Shown here piece after piece: positions 8,984-19,486 of a DNA stretch of 64,000 bases (positions are counted from its first letter, which is position 1; the number at the start of each line of letters is the position of its first letter). The position numbers were made by a program, and so were the translations under genes. The stretch spans positions 51,563 to 115,562 of the forward strand of contig JAYNIA010000004.1 in the NCBI GenBank assembly GCA_038108555.1. Reading direction: 5' to 3'. The notes under the pieces were generated by a model. It saw nothing but the letters and a program-made list of their open reading frames with translations. It ran no database searches and had not been told where the DNA came from. The stretch is from Nitrospinota bacterium. Lineage in GTDB: Bacteria; Nitrospinota; Nitrospinia; Nitrospinales; VA-1.

Positions 8984-10036
8984 ATGATTAAAGTTGGCAT
9001 AGCTGGAGCCAGCGGATATACCGGACTCGAATTGATTCGCCTTTTGTTGAATCACGCGGAAACCGAATTGTCCGTCCTGACTTCAGAAACATATAAAGGA
9101 AAATCCATCGCCGATGTCTTCCCTTCATTGAACGGAATCATAGACATTGAGTTGCAACCTCTGGACAGGGGAGCTTTAATTACCTGTGATGTCGTCTTTC
9201 TTGCCTTACCTCACATGGCGGGAATGGATAAATTACCGCAATTGATGAAGTCGGACTGTAAAATTGTAGACCTTAGTGCGGACTATCGCTTGAATGATGC
9301 CAGTGCTTACCCGGAATGGTACAAGGTTCCCCACAGTCACCCCGAACTTTTATCCAAGGTGGTGTACGGTCTTCCGGAATTGCATCGGGAAAAAATAAAA
9401 AGTGCGCAGATGGTCGCCAATCCTGGGTGTTACCCGACCAGTGTGATTCTTGCACTTGCGCCACTGATGAAAACCGACTGGGTCGATTTCAGCAGCATTA
9501 TCTCCGACAGCAAATCCGGTGTCTCAGGGGCTGGACGAAAACCCTCCATAACCACCCATTACTGTGAAGCTGACGAAGGGGTGAGTCCCTACGGGTTAGC
9601 AGGACATCGACACACACCCGAAATGGAACAGGAACTATCGGCTCTCGCGGGAGAACCTGTACAAATCAGTTTTTCTCCGCACCTGATCCCCATGAGTCGG
9701 GGAATGTTGAGCACCATTTACATCGATTTAAAAAAGAAGTTTTTAGGTAAATACGTAAATGAAGATGAGGTGATAAACCATTATCAAGAATTTTATAAGG
9801 ATGAATATTTTGTACGAGTGTTGGGGAAAGATAAGTTTGCCAACACGCACGCGGTTTCCGGCTCCAACTTCTGCGACATCGGAATCAAACTGGATACCAG
9901 AGTCAACAGACTTGTTCTAACAAGTGCTTTAGATAATCTGGTTAAAGGAGCCTCAGGCCAGGCCATACAAAATATGAACATCATGCTGGGATTCGAAGAA
10001 AAAACAGGACTTCAATTGCCCGGTATTTTTCCATAG
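8984..10036 (+). CDS. argC: N-acetyl-gamma-glutamyl-phosphate reductase
   Basis: GASGYTG, DLSADYR, ANPGCYPT, SGVSGAGR, DNLVKGASGQA. Confidence 0.97.
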   Translation: MIKVGIAGASGYTGLELIRLLLNHAETELSVLTSETYKGKSIADVFPSLNGIIDIELQPLDRGALITCDVVFLALPHMAGMDKLPQLMKSDCKIVDLSADYRLNDASAYPEWYKVPHSHPELLSKVVYGLPELHREKIKSAQMVANPGCYPTSVILALAPLMKTDWVDFSSIISDSKSGVSGAGRKPSITTHYCEADEGVSPYGLAGHRHTPEMEQELSALAGEPVQISFSPHLIPMSRGMLSTIYIDLKKKFLGKYVNEDEVINHYQEFYKDEYFVRVLGKDKFANTHAVSGSNFCDIGIKLDTRVNRLVLTSALDNLVKGASGQAIQNMNIMLGFEEKTGLQLPGIFP

Positions 10037-10042
10037 AGAAAA

Positions 10043-11254
10043 ATGAAGACTTTAAAAAATAAAAACCCTGTAGTACCGGGATTCAAAGCCACCGGACTGC
10101 ATTGCGGAATAAAAGGTAAAAAAATTAAAGATCTTGCACTGGTTGTTTCCGAAGTTCCGGCGACGGCGGCAGCAGTGTTCACCAAAAACCGGGTGGTGTC
10201 TCCGGGAGTCACCTGGAGCCGTCGCGCACTTGCCAAATCAGGAAGCTGCCGCGCAGTTATCGTAAACAGTGGCAACGCAAATACGGTAACCGGTCCTAAA
10301 GGATTACAGGATTGTGATGACATCACTAAAAAAGTTGCGGACGAACTTGGAATTCCACAAAAAGAAGTTTTCATAGCTTCTACTGGAATTATAGGAGTGC
10401 CTCTTCCTTCCGAAAAAATAATTAAGGCCACTCCAAACCTGATCTCAAAATTGGGAAAAGCCGCAAAAAACTGGACCGATGCCTCCGAGGCGATTATGAC
10501 CACCGATCTGGTTTCCAAATCAGATCGCATCAGTTATTCCCATAAGGGTAAAAAAATAGTGATCGGCGGAATCACCAAAGGTTCGGGAATGATTCACCCC
10601 AATATGGCAACCATGCTGGGATTTTTATTTACCGATGCCGTCATCGATTCCAAGACTTTAAAAGCCGCTTTGAAGGAAGCCATCGACCGCTCATTCAATC
10701 GCATTACTGTGGATGGTGACAACAGCACAAACGACTGCGTTGCTATTCTTGCAAATGGCAAAGCAAATAACCCAACTATCAAGGCCAACACTCCTGCCTA
10801 TAACGAATTTTTGAAAGCGTTGACAAAAATTTGCAAGAACCTGGCTTCAAAAATTGTCCTGGATGGAGAAGGAGCCACGAAGTTCGTCACCGTAAGGGTT
10901 CAGGGAGGAAAAACACGGAAGCAAGCCTACCTCATAGCCAATTCCGTGGCCACGTCCTCTCTGGTAAAAACGGCATTGTTTGGAGAAGATCCTAACTGGG
11001 GACGGATTTTTTGCGCGGTGGGAAATGCAGGAGCAAATTTTGATCCCGACAAAGTTGATATTGTTTTAAACAAGAACCTTCTACTGAAAAACGGAAACCC
11101 GACCAATATGCCGCAGAAAAAACTTGAAAAGGCCATGCAGCCACATGAAATAAACATCACTATTGATTTAAAGTGTGGAAAGGAATGGGAAGAAGTTTTT
11201 ACCTGTGACCTGTCTTACGATTATGTAAAAATAAATGCAGAATATACCACCTAG
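10043..11254 (+). CDS. argJ: Ornithine acetyltransferase
   Basis: NSGNAN, STGIIG, IMTTD, KGSGMIHPNMATML, DGEGATK, DPNWGR, INAEYTT. Confidence 0.97.
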   Translation: MKTLKNKNPVVPGFKATGLHCGIKGKKIKDLALVVSEVPATAAAVFTKNRVVSPGVTWSRRALAKSGSCRAVIVNSGNANTVTGPKGLQDCDDITKKVADELGIPQKEVFIASTGIIGVPLPSEKIIKATPNLISKLGKAAKNWTDASEAIMTTDLVSKSDRISYSHKGKKIVIGGITKGSGMIHPNMATMLGFLFTDAVIDSKTLKAALKEAIDRSFNRITVDGDNSTNDCVAILANGKANNPTIKANTPAYNEFLKALTKICKNLASKIVLDGEGATKFVTVRVQGGKTRKQAYLIANSVATSSLVKTALFGEDPNWGRIFCAVGNAGANFDPDKVDIVLNKNLLLKNGNPTNMPQKKLEKAMQPHEINITIDLKCGKEWEEVFTCDLSYDYVKINAEYTT

Positions 11255-11295
11255 CTTGTTAGAATCTGTATAAACAAATTTTCATTGGAATCAAA

Positions 11296-11808
11296 ATGGC
11301 AGTAAGACCCATTAAAAACTGTTTGGACCCTGTTTTAAGAAAACAATGCAAACTCGTCGAAAATATTGACGGGGAACTGGTCACTTTATCCAATGACATG
11401 ATCGAAACTACCCTGGCTGCTCCGGGGGTGGGATTAGCGGCAAATCAGATAGGAATTCCGCAAAGAATTTTTGTGGTAAATTTTGGAGTCGAAACGGATA
11501 AGGATAATTTGGTCACCCTCATCAATCCCGAAATTACCGCAATGGAAGGTAGCGAACTGGGTGAAGAGGGTTGTCTCAGTATTCCCGATGTAGTGGCGGA
11601 AGTGAAACGTGCAACAGAAGTCGAGATAAAAGCCGTTGACCTGGATGGAAATGACGTTCGATATGAGGCCAGTGGTTTTCTGGCCCGGGCCATTCAACAT
11701 GAAATGGATCATTTGAACGGGGTTTTATTTTGGGATAGCCTGGGAAAAATAAAGCGGGACATCCTAAAAAGAAAGTTTAAGAAGAAACTAAAAGAGCAGA
11801 ATGAATGA
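11296..11808 (+). CDS. def: Peptide deformylase
   Basis: GVGLAANQ, EGCLS, QHEMDH. Confidence 0.97.
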   Translation: MAVRPIKNCLDPVLRKQCKLVENIDGELVTLSNDMIETTLAAPGVGLAANQIGIPQRIFVVNFGVETDKDNLVTLINPEITAMEGSELGEEGCLSIPDVVAEVKRATEVEIKAVDLDGNDVRYEASGFLARAIQHEMDHLNGVLFWDSLGKIKRDILKRKFKKKLKEQNE

Positions 11809-12734
11809 AAATAGTTTTTATGGGAACTCCCGAGTTCGCCCTTCCTACATTAAAAAAAATCCATAGTTCTCCCCACTCTATTTTATCCGTGGTAACCCAG
11901 CCCGACCGGCCCAAAGGCCGGGGACAAAAACAAGTCGCCTCTCCTGTAAAAAGTTTTGCTGTAGAAAATGATTTGCCTGTATTACAACCTGCAACCGTCA
12001 ACACCGAGGAATTTATAGAATCGATTTTAAAAGATCGCCCGGATTATATTGTTGTGGTAGCTTTTGGTCAGATACTTAGCGAAAAATTTCTTAAGGTTCC
12101 AAAGCAGTTTTGCATCAATTTGCATTCCTCTTTGTTACCTAAATATCGTGGAGCAGCTCCTATTAACCGTGCCATCCTTAATGGAGATACTGTATCCGGG
12201 GTCACAACCATGATTATGGATAAGGGAATGGATACCGGGGACATATTGTTGATGCACGAGGTTCCCATTGAACCCAATGACGATGCAAAATCCCTCCATG
12301 ATAAACTTGCGGAAGACGGTGCAGAACTTGTCCTTGAAACGCTTTCCCGACTGGAAAAAAATGATCTTATGCCAACGCCGCAAAATGACGATCGAGCTAC
12401 ATATGCTGCCAAACTAAAAAAAGAAGAAAGTCTGATTGATTGGGAATCGGACGCGCTAGATATCACAAACAAAATTCGGGGACTGACCCCCTGGCCCGGG
12501 ACACATACTTTGTATAACGGGAAAAGACTTGGTATCTTAAAGGGCGAAATGATTTCAGGAGACTCTTCTGACCAACCCGGCCATGTGGCACGAATCACCG
12601 ACTCGGGAATCGAGGTTGCAGCGGGTAAAGGCCGGATAAAAATCACCGAGGTAAAACCGGAAGGAAAAAAATCCATGCCGGTGAAAAGTTTTATTTCAGG
12701 TTATAAAATCAATCCCGGCGATAAATTGGGATAA
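11805..12734 (+). CDS. fmt: Methionyl-tRNA formyltransferase
   Basis: FMGTPEFA, VTQPDRPKGRG, INLHSSLLPKYRGAAP, MDTGD; ATGA overlap with def. Confidence 0.97.
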   Translation: MKIVFMGTPEFALPTLKKIHSSPHSILSVVTQPDRPKGRGQKQVASPVKSFAVENDLPVLQPATVNTEEFIESILKDRPDYIVVVAFGQILSEKFLKVPKQFCINLHSSLLPKYRGAAPINRAILNGDTVSGVTTMIMDKGMDTGDILLMHEVPIEPNDDAKSLHDKLAEDGAELVLETLSRLEKNDLMPTPQNDDRATYAAKLKKEESLIDWESDALDITNKIRGLTPWPGTHTLYNGKRLGILKGEMISGDSSDQPGHVARITDSGIEVAAGKGRIKITEVKPEGKKSMPVKSFISGYKINPGDKLG

Positions 12735-12763
12735 ATTCTTTTTAGACTACTCAAGGGGAAAAT

Positions 12764-13702
12764 ATGCCGAGAACTTTGGTTACAGGTGGAGCAGGTTTTT
12801 TGGGCTCCCACTTATGTGAATACCTGCTGGATAAAGGCCATGAAGTTATTTGCATGGATAATTTGATCACCGGTTCCAAGGAAAACATTTCCGGTATCAA
12901 AAGCGGCGATTTCCATTTCGTCAACCATAACGTTTCAGAATTTATTAATCTCGATGGTGACCTGGATTACATTCTCCATTTTGCCTCCCCGGCAAGTCCT
13001 ATAGACTACCTTGAATTGCCCATCCAAACTTTGAAAGTTGGAGCTTTGGGAACCCATAATGCCTTGGGACTTGCCAAAGCAAAAAATGCGGTGTTTTTAC
13101 TGGCTTCCACCTCAGAGGTTTATGGAGATCCCCTGGTTCATCCTCAACCGGAAGAGTATTGGGGCAATGTGAATCCTATAGGACCCCGTGGAGTTTACGA
13201 TGAAGCAAAAAGGTTTGCTGAGGCGATTACCATGGCCTATCACCGAACACACGGGATCAACACAAAAATTGTCCGCATATTCAACACCTACGGTCCAAGA
13301 ATGCGGATCAAAGACGGACGCGCAATACCCAACTTCCTGAAACAGGCACTTACCGGGGAAGACCTGACAGTTTATGGCGATGGTTCGCAAACAAGAAGCT
13401 TCTGTTTTGTTTCAGATCTTGTAGAGGGTATTTTTCGATTGCTAATGTCCGATCAACACGAGCCGGTGAACATTGGTAATCCCAATGAAATGACAATCAA
13501 ACAAATGGCAGATAAAATTTTGCAAGCCACCGGAAGCAAGAGTAAAATCATACAGGTTCCATTACCCGAGGATGACCCCAAAACACGACAACCCAATATC
13601 ACACTTGCAAAAAAATTACTCGACTGGGAGCCAAAAGTAAATTTGGATGAGGGATTAGAGTCTACGCTAAAATACTTCAAAGAACAGCTCAATTCTTCCT
13701 GA
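12764..13702 (+). CDS. UDP-glucuronate decarboxylase-family SDR
   Basis: [50 protein letters not shown]. Confidence 0.9.
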   Translation: MPRTLVTGGAGFLGSHLCEYLLDKGHEVICMDNLITGSKENISGIKSGDFHFVNHNVSEFINLDGDLDYILHFASPASPIDYLELPIQTLKVGALGTHNALGLAKAKNAVFLLASTSEVYGDPLVHPQPEEYWGNVNPIGPRGVYDEAKRFAEAITMAYHRTHGINTKIVRIFNTYGPRMRIKDGRAIPNFLKQALTGEDLTVYGDGSQTRSFCFVSDLVEGIFRLLMSDQHEPVNIGNPNEMTIKQMADKILQATGSKSKIIQVPLPEDDPKTRQPNITLAKKLLDWEPKVNLDEGLESTLKYFKEQLNSS

Positions 13703-13708
13703 GATGAT

Positions 13709-14407
13709 ATGCCAGGTAAAAATTCAGCTTCAATTAAACATTGGCCGGAAAATGAACGTCCCCGGGAGCGGCTGATAAAATATGGCAGCAGTAACATGTC
13801 CGATGCTCACTTGCTCGGAATTTTGATCGGATCGGGGGATCGCCGGGCTAAAAAAAATGCAGTGGACCTGGGGAGGGACCTATTAAAGAAATTTGGAAAT
13901 CTGGAAAACATTGACCAGGCTTCCATCACCGAAATTTGCCAGGTCAAAGGAATCGGTTCCGCGAAAGCGGCACAAATTAAAGCAGCGCTGGAAGTCGGCA
14001 AACGGATGGCCGCAAAAACTTCCGTTAAAAAAATAAAAATGAAATCCAGTCGGATATTTTTCGACCATTTTTCACCTTTTTTAAAAAATTTAAAAAAGGA
14101 AATAGTCAAAATTGTTCTTCTGGATCCCAAACTTCAGTTTATTAAAGAAATCACCATTTCAGAAGGAAGCCTGAATGCCAGTATCGTCCATCCCAGAGAA
14201 GTTATGATTCCTGCAATCAAGGAATCGGCTGCCTCTTTTGCATTGATTCATAATCACCCAAGTGGGGACCCGACACCGAGCCAAAAGGATTTCGAAATCA
14301 CTCACCGACTCAACCAGACGGGAAAAATAATTGGAATAAACATGGTTGACCATATTATCATCGGAGGAAACAGTTTTTTCAGTTTTGCTGATGAAGGACT
14401 TTTATAA
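13709..14407 (+). CDS. radC: RadC (JAB domain) protein
   Basis: ERPRERL, HhH motif VKGIGSAKA, VHPREV, HNHPSGDPTPS..D, DHIII. Confidence 0.95.
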   Translation: MPGKNSASIKHWPENERPRERLIKYGSSNMSDAHLLGILIGSGDRRAKKNAVDLGRDLLKKFGNLENIDQASITEICQVKGIGSAKAAQIKAALEVGKRMAAKTSVKKIKMKSSRIFFDHFSPFLKNLKKEIVKIVLLDPKLQFIKEITISEGSLNASIVHPREVMIPAIKESAASFALIHNHPSGDPTPSQKDFEITHRLNQTGKIIGINMVDHIIIGGNSFFSFADEGLL

Positions 14408-14968
14408 ATGGAACGTGTAAAAAATTTTTTAAATACAAGTGCTGAATTAAAAAAAACAGTCGCTGAAACCCTTTCCTCCGACATTTTTGATTCTGCGATG
14501 AAAATAAAAAGTCGACTGGAATCAGGCGGAAAACTCCTTTTGATGGGAAATGGTGGCAGCGCAGGGGACGCCCAGCATATTGCTGCAGAATTGATCGGCC
14601 GGTTCAAAAAAGAAAGAAAAGCCATGCCCGCCATTGCTTTGACCGTCGATACCTCTTCCCTGACAGCATTGGGGAACGATTATGGTTTCGAAACTATTTT
14701 CGAAAGGCAGGTAGAGGCCCTGGCAACTGAAAACGATGCGGTGATAGGTATCAGCACCAGCGGAAATTCTGAAAACGTGGTTCGGGCCATTAAAAAAGCA
14801 AACGCGTTGGGCGCGTTTACCATTGGACTTCTTGGAAACGATGGAGGAAAATTAAAAGAACTGGTTAACCTTCCTATCATTATTCCATCAAACGATACGG
14901 CGCGGATTCAGGAAGTTCATATTACTATTGGCCATATCATATGTGAAATTATAGAAGAAGATTATTAG
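14408..14968 (+). CDS. gmhA: Sedoheptulose-7-phosphate isomerase
   Basis: [33 protein letters not shown]. Confidence 0.96.
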   Translation: MERVKNFLNTSAELKKTVAETLSSDIFDSAMKIKSRLESGGKLLLMGNGGSAGDAQHIAAELIGRFKKERKAMPAIALTVDTSSLTALGNDYGFETIFERQVEALATENDAVIGISTSGNSENVVRAIKKANALGAFTIGLLGNDGGKLKELVNLPIIIPSNDTARIQEVHITIGHIICEIIEEDY

Positions 14969-16453
14969 ATGAAAGAACGATTTAAATATTTCTTTGGTCA
15001 AAAAGAACGGCCTAAAATTTTAGTGGTGGGGGACCTTATTCTCGATGAATATATCTGGGGGGGTATCAGCCGAATTTCTCCTGAAGCTCCGGTTCCCATT
15101 CTGGAAACCCGTTCCGAAACCCTCGCTTTGGGAGGGGCTGCAAATGTAGCCAACAACCTGGTAGCTTTAGGATGCGAGGTTCATCTCTGTGGCGCTATTG
15201 GCCAGGATGAAAAAGGCGACAAACTTTTACAAACCATTCACAATCGTTCGATTCAAACCGAAGGCATCTTCCGGTTTGTGCACCGTCCGACCACATCAAA
15301 AATGCGGATCATTGCACACAACCAGCAGGTACTTAGAATAGACAAGGAAGATAACCGTCCCATTACAGAAGAAACCGAGAAAAAACTCATCCAATATATA
15401 AACCAGACACTTCCGGGAATGGATGGGGTCGTCTGCTCCGATTATCAAAAAGGAATCCTCACCGAAAAAGTGGTGCATGCGATTATGCACAGGGCCAAGA
15501 AAGCCAAAAAATCTGTAATTGTCGATCCGAAAAGCTCTGACTTCTCTCTATATAAAGATGCAACAGTAATCACCCCCAATTTGAAAGAAGTGGCCCGCTC
15601 GGCTCCAATTAAAATAACAGATAAGGAAGGTCTCGGACGCGCTGCGGAGTATCTATTAAACCTCACTCGCTCCAAAGCCATCCTGATTACCCAGGGTAAA
15701 GACGGGATGACGCTTTTTCAAAACAAAGAAAAACCGGTTTCCATACCCACGGTTGCGAAAGAGGTCTATGACGTAACAGGAGCGGGCGATACTGTCATCA
15801 GTGTATTTAGCATGGCAGTATTTTTTGGTTTCGATTTTAAAGAGGCCGCATGGCTTTCCAATATGGCTGCCAGTATTGTAGTGGGTAAAGTTGGCACCGC
15901 AGTGGTTACCCTGGATGAAATCAACGAATTCCTGCACGAAGAAATGCTTCGAACTTCCCACACCGTCCTCGAACTGGATGAACTGAAGAAAATTGTTGGG
16001 CTCGCAAAAAGCACCGAGAAAAAAGTCGTATTTACCAATGGCTGTTTCGACATCATCCACGGAGGCCATATTGAATTCCTGCAAAAGGCAAAATCTCTAG
16101 GGGACATTTTGGTGGTTGGCCTCAACACCGATCATTCCGTTCGAAACTTAAAAGGGGAAGGTCGTCCCATTAAAACAGAAAAAGAACGTGCCAACATTCT
16201 TTCCGCTTTAAAGTTTATCGACTACATCACTCTTTTCAACGAAGACACTCCTGAAAAAATGATTCGGGAGATCCGACCGGATATTCTGGTCAAAGGGGAT
16301 GACTATAAAATAGATGAAGTTGTGGGACGAGAAATCGTTGAAGGATACGGAGCCCATGTAGAACTCATCCCAATTGTGCAGGGCCATTCTACAACCATGA
16401 CCCTTGAAAAAATCATTGCCAATCACCGCTCTTCAGACGACAACGGAAAATAA
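14969..16453 (+). CDS. hldE: Bifunctional heptose-7-P kinase / heptose-1-P adenylyltransferase
   Basis: RISPEAPVP, GGAANVA, DVTGAGDT, then FTNGCFDIIHGGH. Confidence 0.96.
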   Translation: MKERFKYFFGQKERPKILVVGDLILDEYIWGGISRISPEAPVPILETRSETLALGGAANVANNLVALGCEVHLCGAIGQDEKGDKLLQTIHNRSIQTEGIFRFVHRPTTSKMRIIAHNQQVLRIDKEDNRPITEETEKKLIQYINQTLPGMDGVVCSDYQKGILTEKVVHAIMHRAKKAKKSVIVDPKSSDFSLYKDATVITPNLKEVARSAPIKITDKEGLGRAAEYLLNLTRSKAILITQGKDGMTLFQNKEKPVSIPTVAKEVYDVTGAGDTVISVFSMAVFFGFDFKEAAWLSNMAASIVVGKVGTAVVTLDEINEFLHEEMLRTSHTVLELDELKKIVGLAKSTEKKVVFTNGCFDIIHGGHIEFLQKAKSLGDILVVGLNTDHSVRNLKGEGRPIKTEKERANILSALKFIDYITLFNEDTPEKMIREIRPDILVKGDDYKIDEVVGREIVEGYGAHVELIPIVQGHSTTMTLEKIIANHRSSDDNGK

Positions 16454-16478
16454 ATTTTCCCGTTAAAATATCTTCCGT

Positions 16479-17456
16479 TTAAGCTTCTTCGCCCAGGTGC
16501 TTTGCAGGCAAAAGGTAATTTCCAACATAGTCGGCTATGCCCTCTTCCAATGACATGATTGGATCAGAATAACCGGTGGTTCGAATTTTTTCAGTTTCAG
16601 AACAGGTATGATATTGATACTGGTTCCTGATTTCCTCTGGCATTTCAATATACTCAATATTTTCTTCCTTACCCATCGATTTAAAAATTGCTTTTGCCAG
16701 ATCGTTCCAGTTTCTTGCCTTTCCAGAGCCTACATTAAAAATACCTCCCACATCCTTCCGATCCAAAAAAAACAAAGTCATTTTTACAGCATCTTTGATG
16801 TACAAGAAATCCCGCTCTTGTTCTCCATCCCCATATTCAGGTTTATAAGACTTGAACAAACGCAGCTTTCCCGCATCCCGTATCTGAAGAAATCCTTTTC
16901 GGACCATGCTTTGCATATCCTGTTTATGATATTCATTGGGCCCATAGACATTAAAATATTTTAAACCCACCAGTTCACCTAATACCCCTTCGGCTCGGGC
17001 CCATAAATCAAAATTCTGTTTGCTCTCGCCATAAAGATTTAAAGGACGCAATAACTCCAGTCTGGACTCATCATCCGAATAACCGTTTTCCCCTGCACCA
17101 TAAGTGGCCGCGCTGGAGGCATAAATGAAACGAATGTTTTTCTCCAGACAAAATTTCGCCAAATGCTGCGTATATTCAAAATTATTTTCTTTCAAAAATG
17201 CTTCATTCGTTTCTGTGGTGGAAGAGCAAGCCCCCATGTGAAGAATGGCTTCACAGGCAGGAATGTTTTTTTTCAAAACATCCTGCAAAAATTTATCCTT
17301 ATCGACAAACTTTTCAAAGGAAAGCGGATTCAAATTGTTCTGCTTTTCAGGATGATCCATCTGATCGACCACCCAGATATCTTTTTCACCCTTACAATTC
17401 AGTCCATGAACAAGGGCACTTCCAATAAAACCCGCACCACCTGTAACTACAATCAT
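16479..17456 (-). CDS. hldD: ADP-L-glycero-D-manno-heptose 6-epimerase
   Basis: TGGAGFIGS, HMGACSSTTE, YASSAATYG, PLNLYGESK, YFNVYGPNEYHK. Confidence 0.95.
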   Translation of the reverse strand: MIVVTGGAGFIGSALVHGLNCKGEKDIWVVDQMDHPEKQNNLNPLSFEKFVDKDKFLQDVLKKNIPACEAILHMGACSSTTETNEAFLKENNFEYTQHLAKFCLEKNIRFIYASSAATYGAGENGYSDDESRLELLRPLNLYGESKQNFDLWARAEGVLGELVGLKYFNVYGPNEYHKQDMQSMVRKGFLQIRDAGKLRLFKSYKPEYGDGEQERDFLYIKDAVKMTLFFLDRKDVGGIFNVGSGKARNWNDLAKAIFKSMGKEENIEYIEMPEEIRNQYQYHTCSETEKIRTTGYSDPIMSLEEGIADYVGNYLLPAKHLGEEA

Positions 17457-19486
17457 GATTTATCCACTTTCAGGTTTAAAACATTTTCCGGCATCGAAAT
17501 TTCATAAGTTAAAAAATCCTTGATGATTCCGGCACTTCCCTTCTTGAAAAAATGAACATCAAGAACAGAAATAGCACTCTGCCCCATTGAAATTGAAATG
17601 GATGGATTCCATACCCGATTATATATACTACCCCCATAGGGATGATCAAGTGTCCAACCATTGATTCGCCAGGCTGGATTATATTCTATATCCTTATGTT
17701 TCAATTTTCCGTCTAAAACCGCCGCAGAAAAATCCATATCACTTCCCGAAACATTCATAAGATTCAGCAACAAACTATTGGGGGGACTTTCCTTCTTTTT
17801 TTTGAGTGCTACCAGGAAAGTATCCACAAATCTTATTTTATAGTGGAGGTCTTTTCCATGATGCAATTTTTCCCATTGGAACAGTTTTTTTCCAATCACT
17901 CCCATGGTTTCCAGTTTGCCATTCCAGAAATTCTTTCTCTTCAACCATTCCGGTTTGATTTGATGAATTATAAAAGGTTCAAATCTGGCAGACTCGTTTA
18001 AAGCCTGTGGAGGTATTCCAGGAAAAATATTTACAGCATGCTTTACCAGTCTTGGGTATCCCTTCAAATTTATAACATTTTTTTCCTTGTTTAATAAGAA
18101 GGATGATTTTTCGTTTTTGTTATATTCCAGAAAATATACCCGGTTAATCTTCCCCTCTTTCAAAATAGTTTCAACACGTTGACGCATCTCGGAGCCACCA
18201 TATAGAAAGAACTCCACATGAAGAGCATCGGGAACAATTAGTAAATCATTTGGGCCCAATGATCGGGTAAAGTTTAGAACCTGTTTCCAGGGTTCCCGGT
18301 TGATACGCTTAAGATAACTTTCCTGATAGGTATTTATTGTTGCAATTAATAACAGGGCACCCCCGGCAATCCCCATTAAAAATGTCGTTAGCTTACCTGC
18401 CTTGGAAGCATCAATTTTTTCAATTAGGATAGTTTCGAGAATGCTTACGGTTAAACAAATTCCAGAAGCCGCCAAAATCAGGAAAAAGGGTTGAAGATAA
18501 AAATAGGTTCGTGCATGCGGCATTCCAGGTAGCAGACCGATCTTAAACCCCAGGGCACCTCCAAATATGGGTCCCAGCAATAAAGCTGAAATAAGTAAAA
18601 GGACTGAAGGGTTCTGTTTCCAGATTTTCCATCCACCAAACAAAGAGAAAACCAGGAAAAAATATTTGATCGAGTCAAACGGAGCCAGCCATTGAGCCAT
18701 TACTTCTCCGAAAAAGGTATCAGAGGGACTTTTGGCAGCACGGGATGTTGCTGCCTCCAGCATTTCTGGAGATATCAAAACATAGTATTGGATATAAAAC
18801 GCGGCTAAACCCACCAATAATGAAAAGTAAGGGGCAAGTAACACCCATTCTTTTTTGCTTTTCCATTGATATAGAATAAATCCCGACAAAAAAAGCAACA
18901 GTGATAATTCAAAAAAAACGAAGGTGGGCAAAGTCCAGCTTCCGACCACCCAGATCAATAACCAACCCACAAATGATAAAACTTCTTTTAGGCGACCTCT
19001 CCGCTTTTCCTTAGAGCTTTTCTCAAAAGTTACCACTAACAAATAAAAACAAATTTGGGCCACCAACATTATTACGAGATAACCCCTGGCATTGGTTGCG
19101 AAAAAAATATGCCATTGGCTCAAAATCAGGATAAGGGCAACAATCGACCCGATGTTCTTTCCAAAAAATTTTCCTGTTTGAAATGCAAGACAGATACTTA
19201 ATATTCCGCAAACCAGGGTCGGGATACGAAGCAACCATTCATACAATCCAAAAGTCTTTAATAAAAAACTTAAAATCAGTGTTAAAAATATATGATTGTT
19301 TGGGTACTGGTAGTTTTGGAAGATGCTCTCATAAGGCATTTGGCCCCATAGAGAAATCATGGCCAGTTCATCGCTTGCGAGAACAGCATTGATTCCCGGC
19401 AGCCGGAAACAAAGGGCCAAACCTAATAGAGTAACGAAATGGAAAACAGAAAATCTCTGTTTTGATTCAGGATTCTTTTGAAACAT
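17453..19486 (-). CDS. Polytopic GT-C-fold (ArnT/PMT-like) membrane glycosyltransferase with a soluble C-terminal domain
   Basis: DE motif after TM1 (ASDELA), PNNHIF, LRIP, NARGY; many hydrophobic segments. Confidence 0.65.
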   Translation of the reverse strand: MFQKNPESKQRFSVFHFVTLLGLALCFRLPGINAVLASDELAMISLWGQMPYESIFQNYQYPNNHIFLTLILSFLLKTFGLYEWLLRIPTLVCGILSICLAFQTGKFFGKNIGSIVALILILSQWHIFFATNARGYLVIMLVAQICFYLLVVTFEKSSKEKRRGRLKEVLSFVGWLLIWVVGSWTLPTFVFFELSLLLFLSGFILYQWKSKKEWVLLAPYFSLLVGLAAFYIQYYVLISPEMLEAATSRAAKSPSDTFFGEVMAQWLAPFDSIKYFFLVFSLFGGWKIWKQNPSVLLLISALLLGPIFGGALGFKIGLLPGMPHARTYFYLQPFFLILAASGICLTVSILETILIEKIDASKAGKLTTFLMGIAGGALLLIATINTYQESYLKRINREPWKQVLNFTRSLGPNDLLIVPDALHVEFFLYGGSEMRQRVETILKEGKINRVYFLEYNKNEKSSFLLNKEKNVINLKGYPRLVKHAVNIFPGIPPQALNESARFEPFIIHQIKPEWLKRKNFWNGKLETMGVIGKKLFQWEKLHHGKDLHYKIRFVDTFLVALKKKKESPPNSLLLNLMNVSGSDMDFSAAVLDGKLKHKDIEYNPAWRINGWTLDHPYGGSIYNRVWNPSISISMGQSAISVLDVHFFKKGSAGIIKDFLTYEISMPENVLNLKVDKS

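Noticed and set aside
13709..14407. radC as a mobile-element marker
   Set aside because: Full-length HhH plus JAB form embedded in a housekeeping operon.
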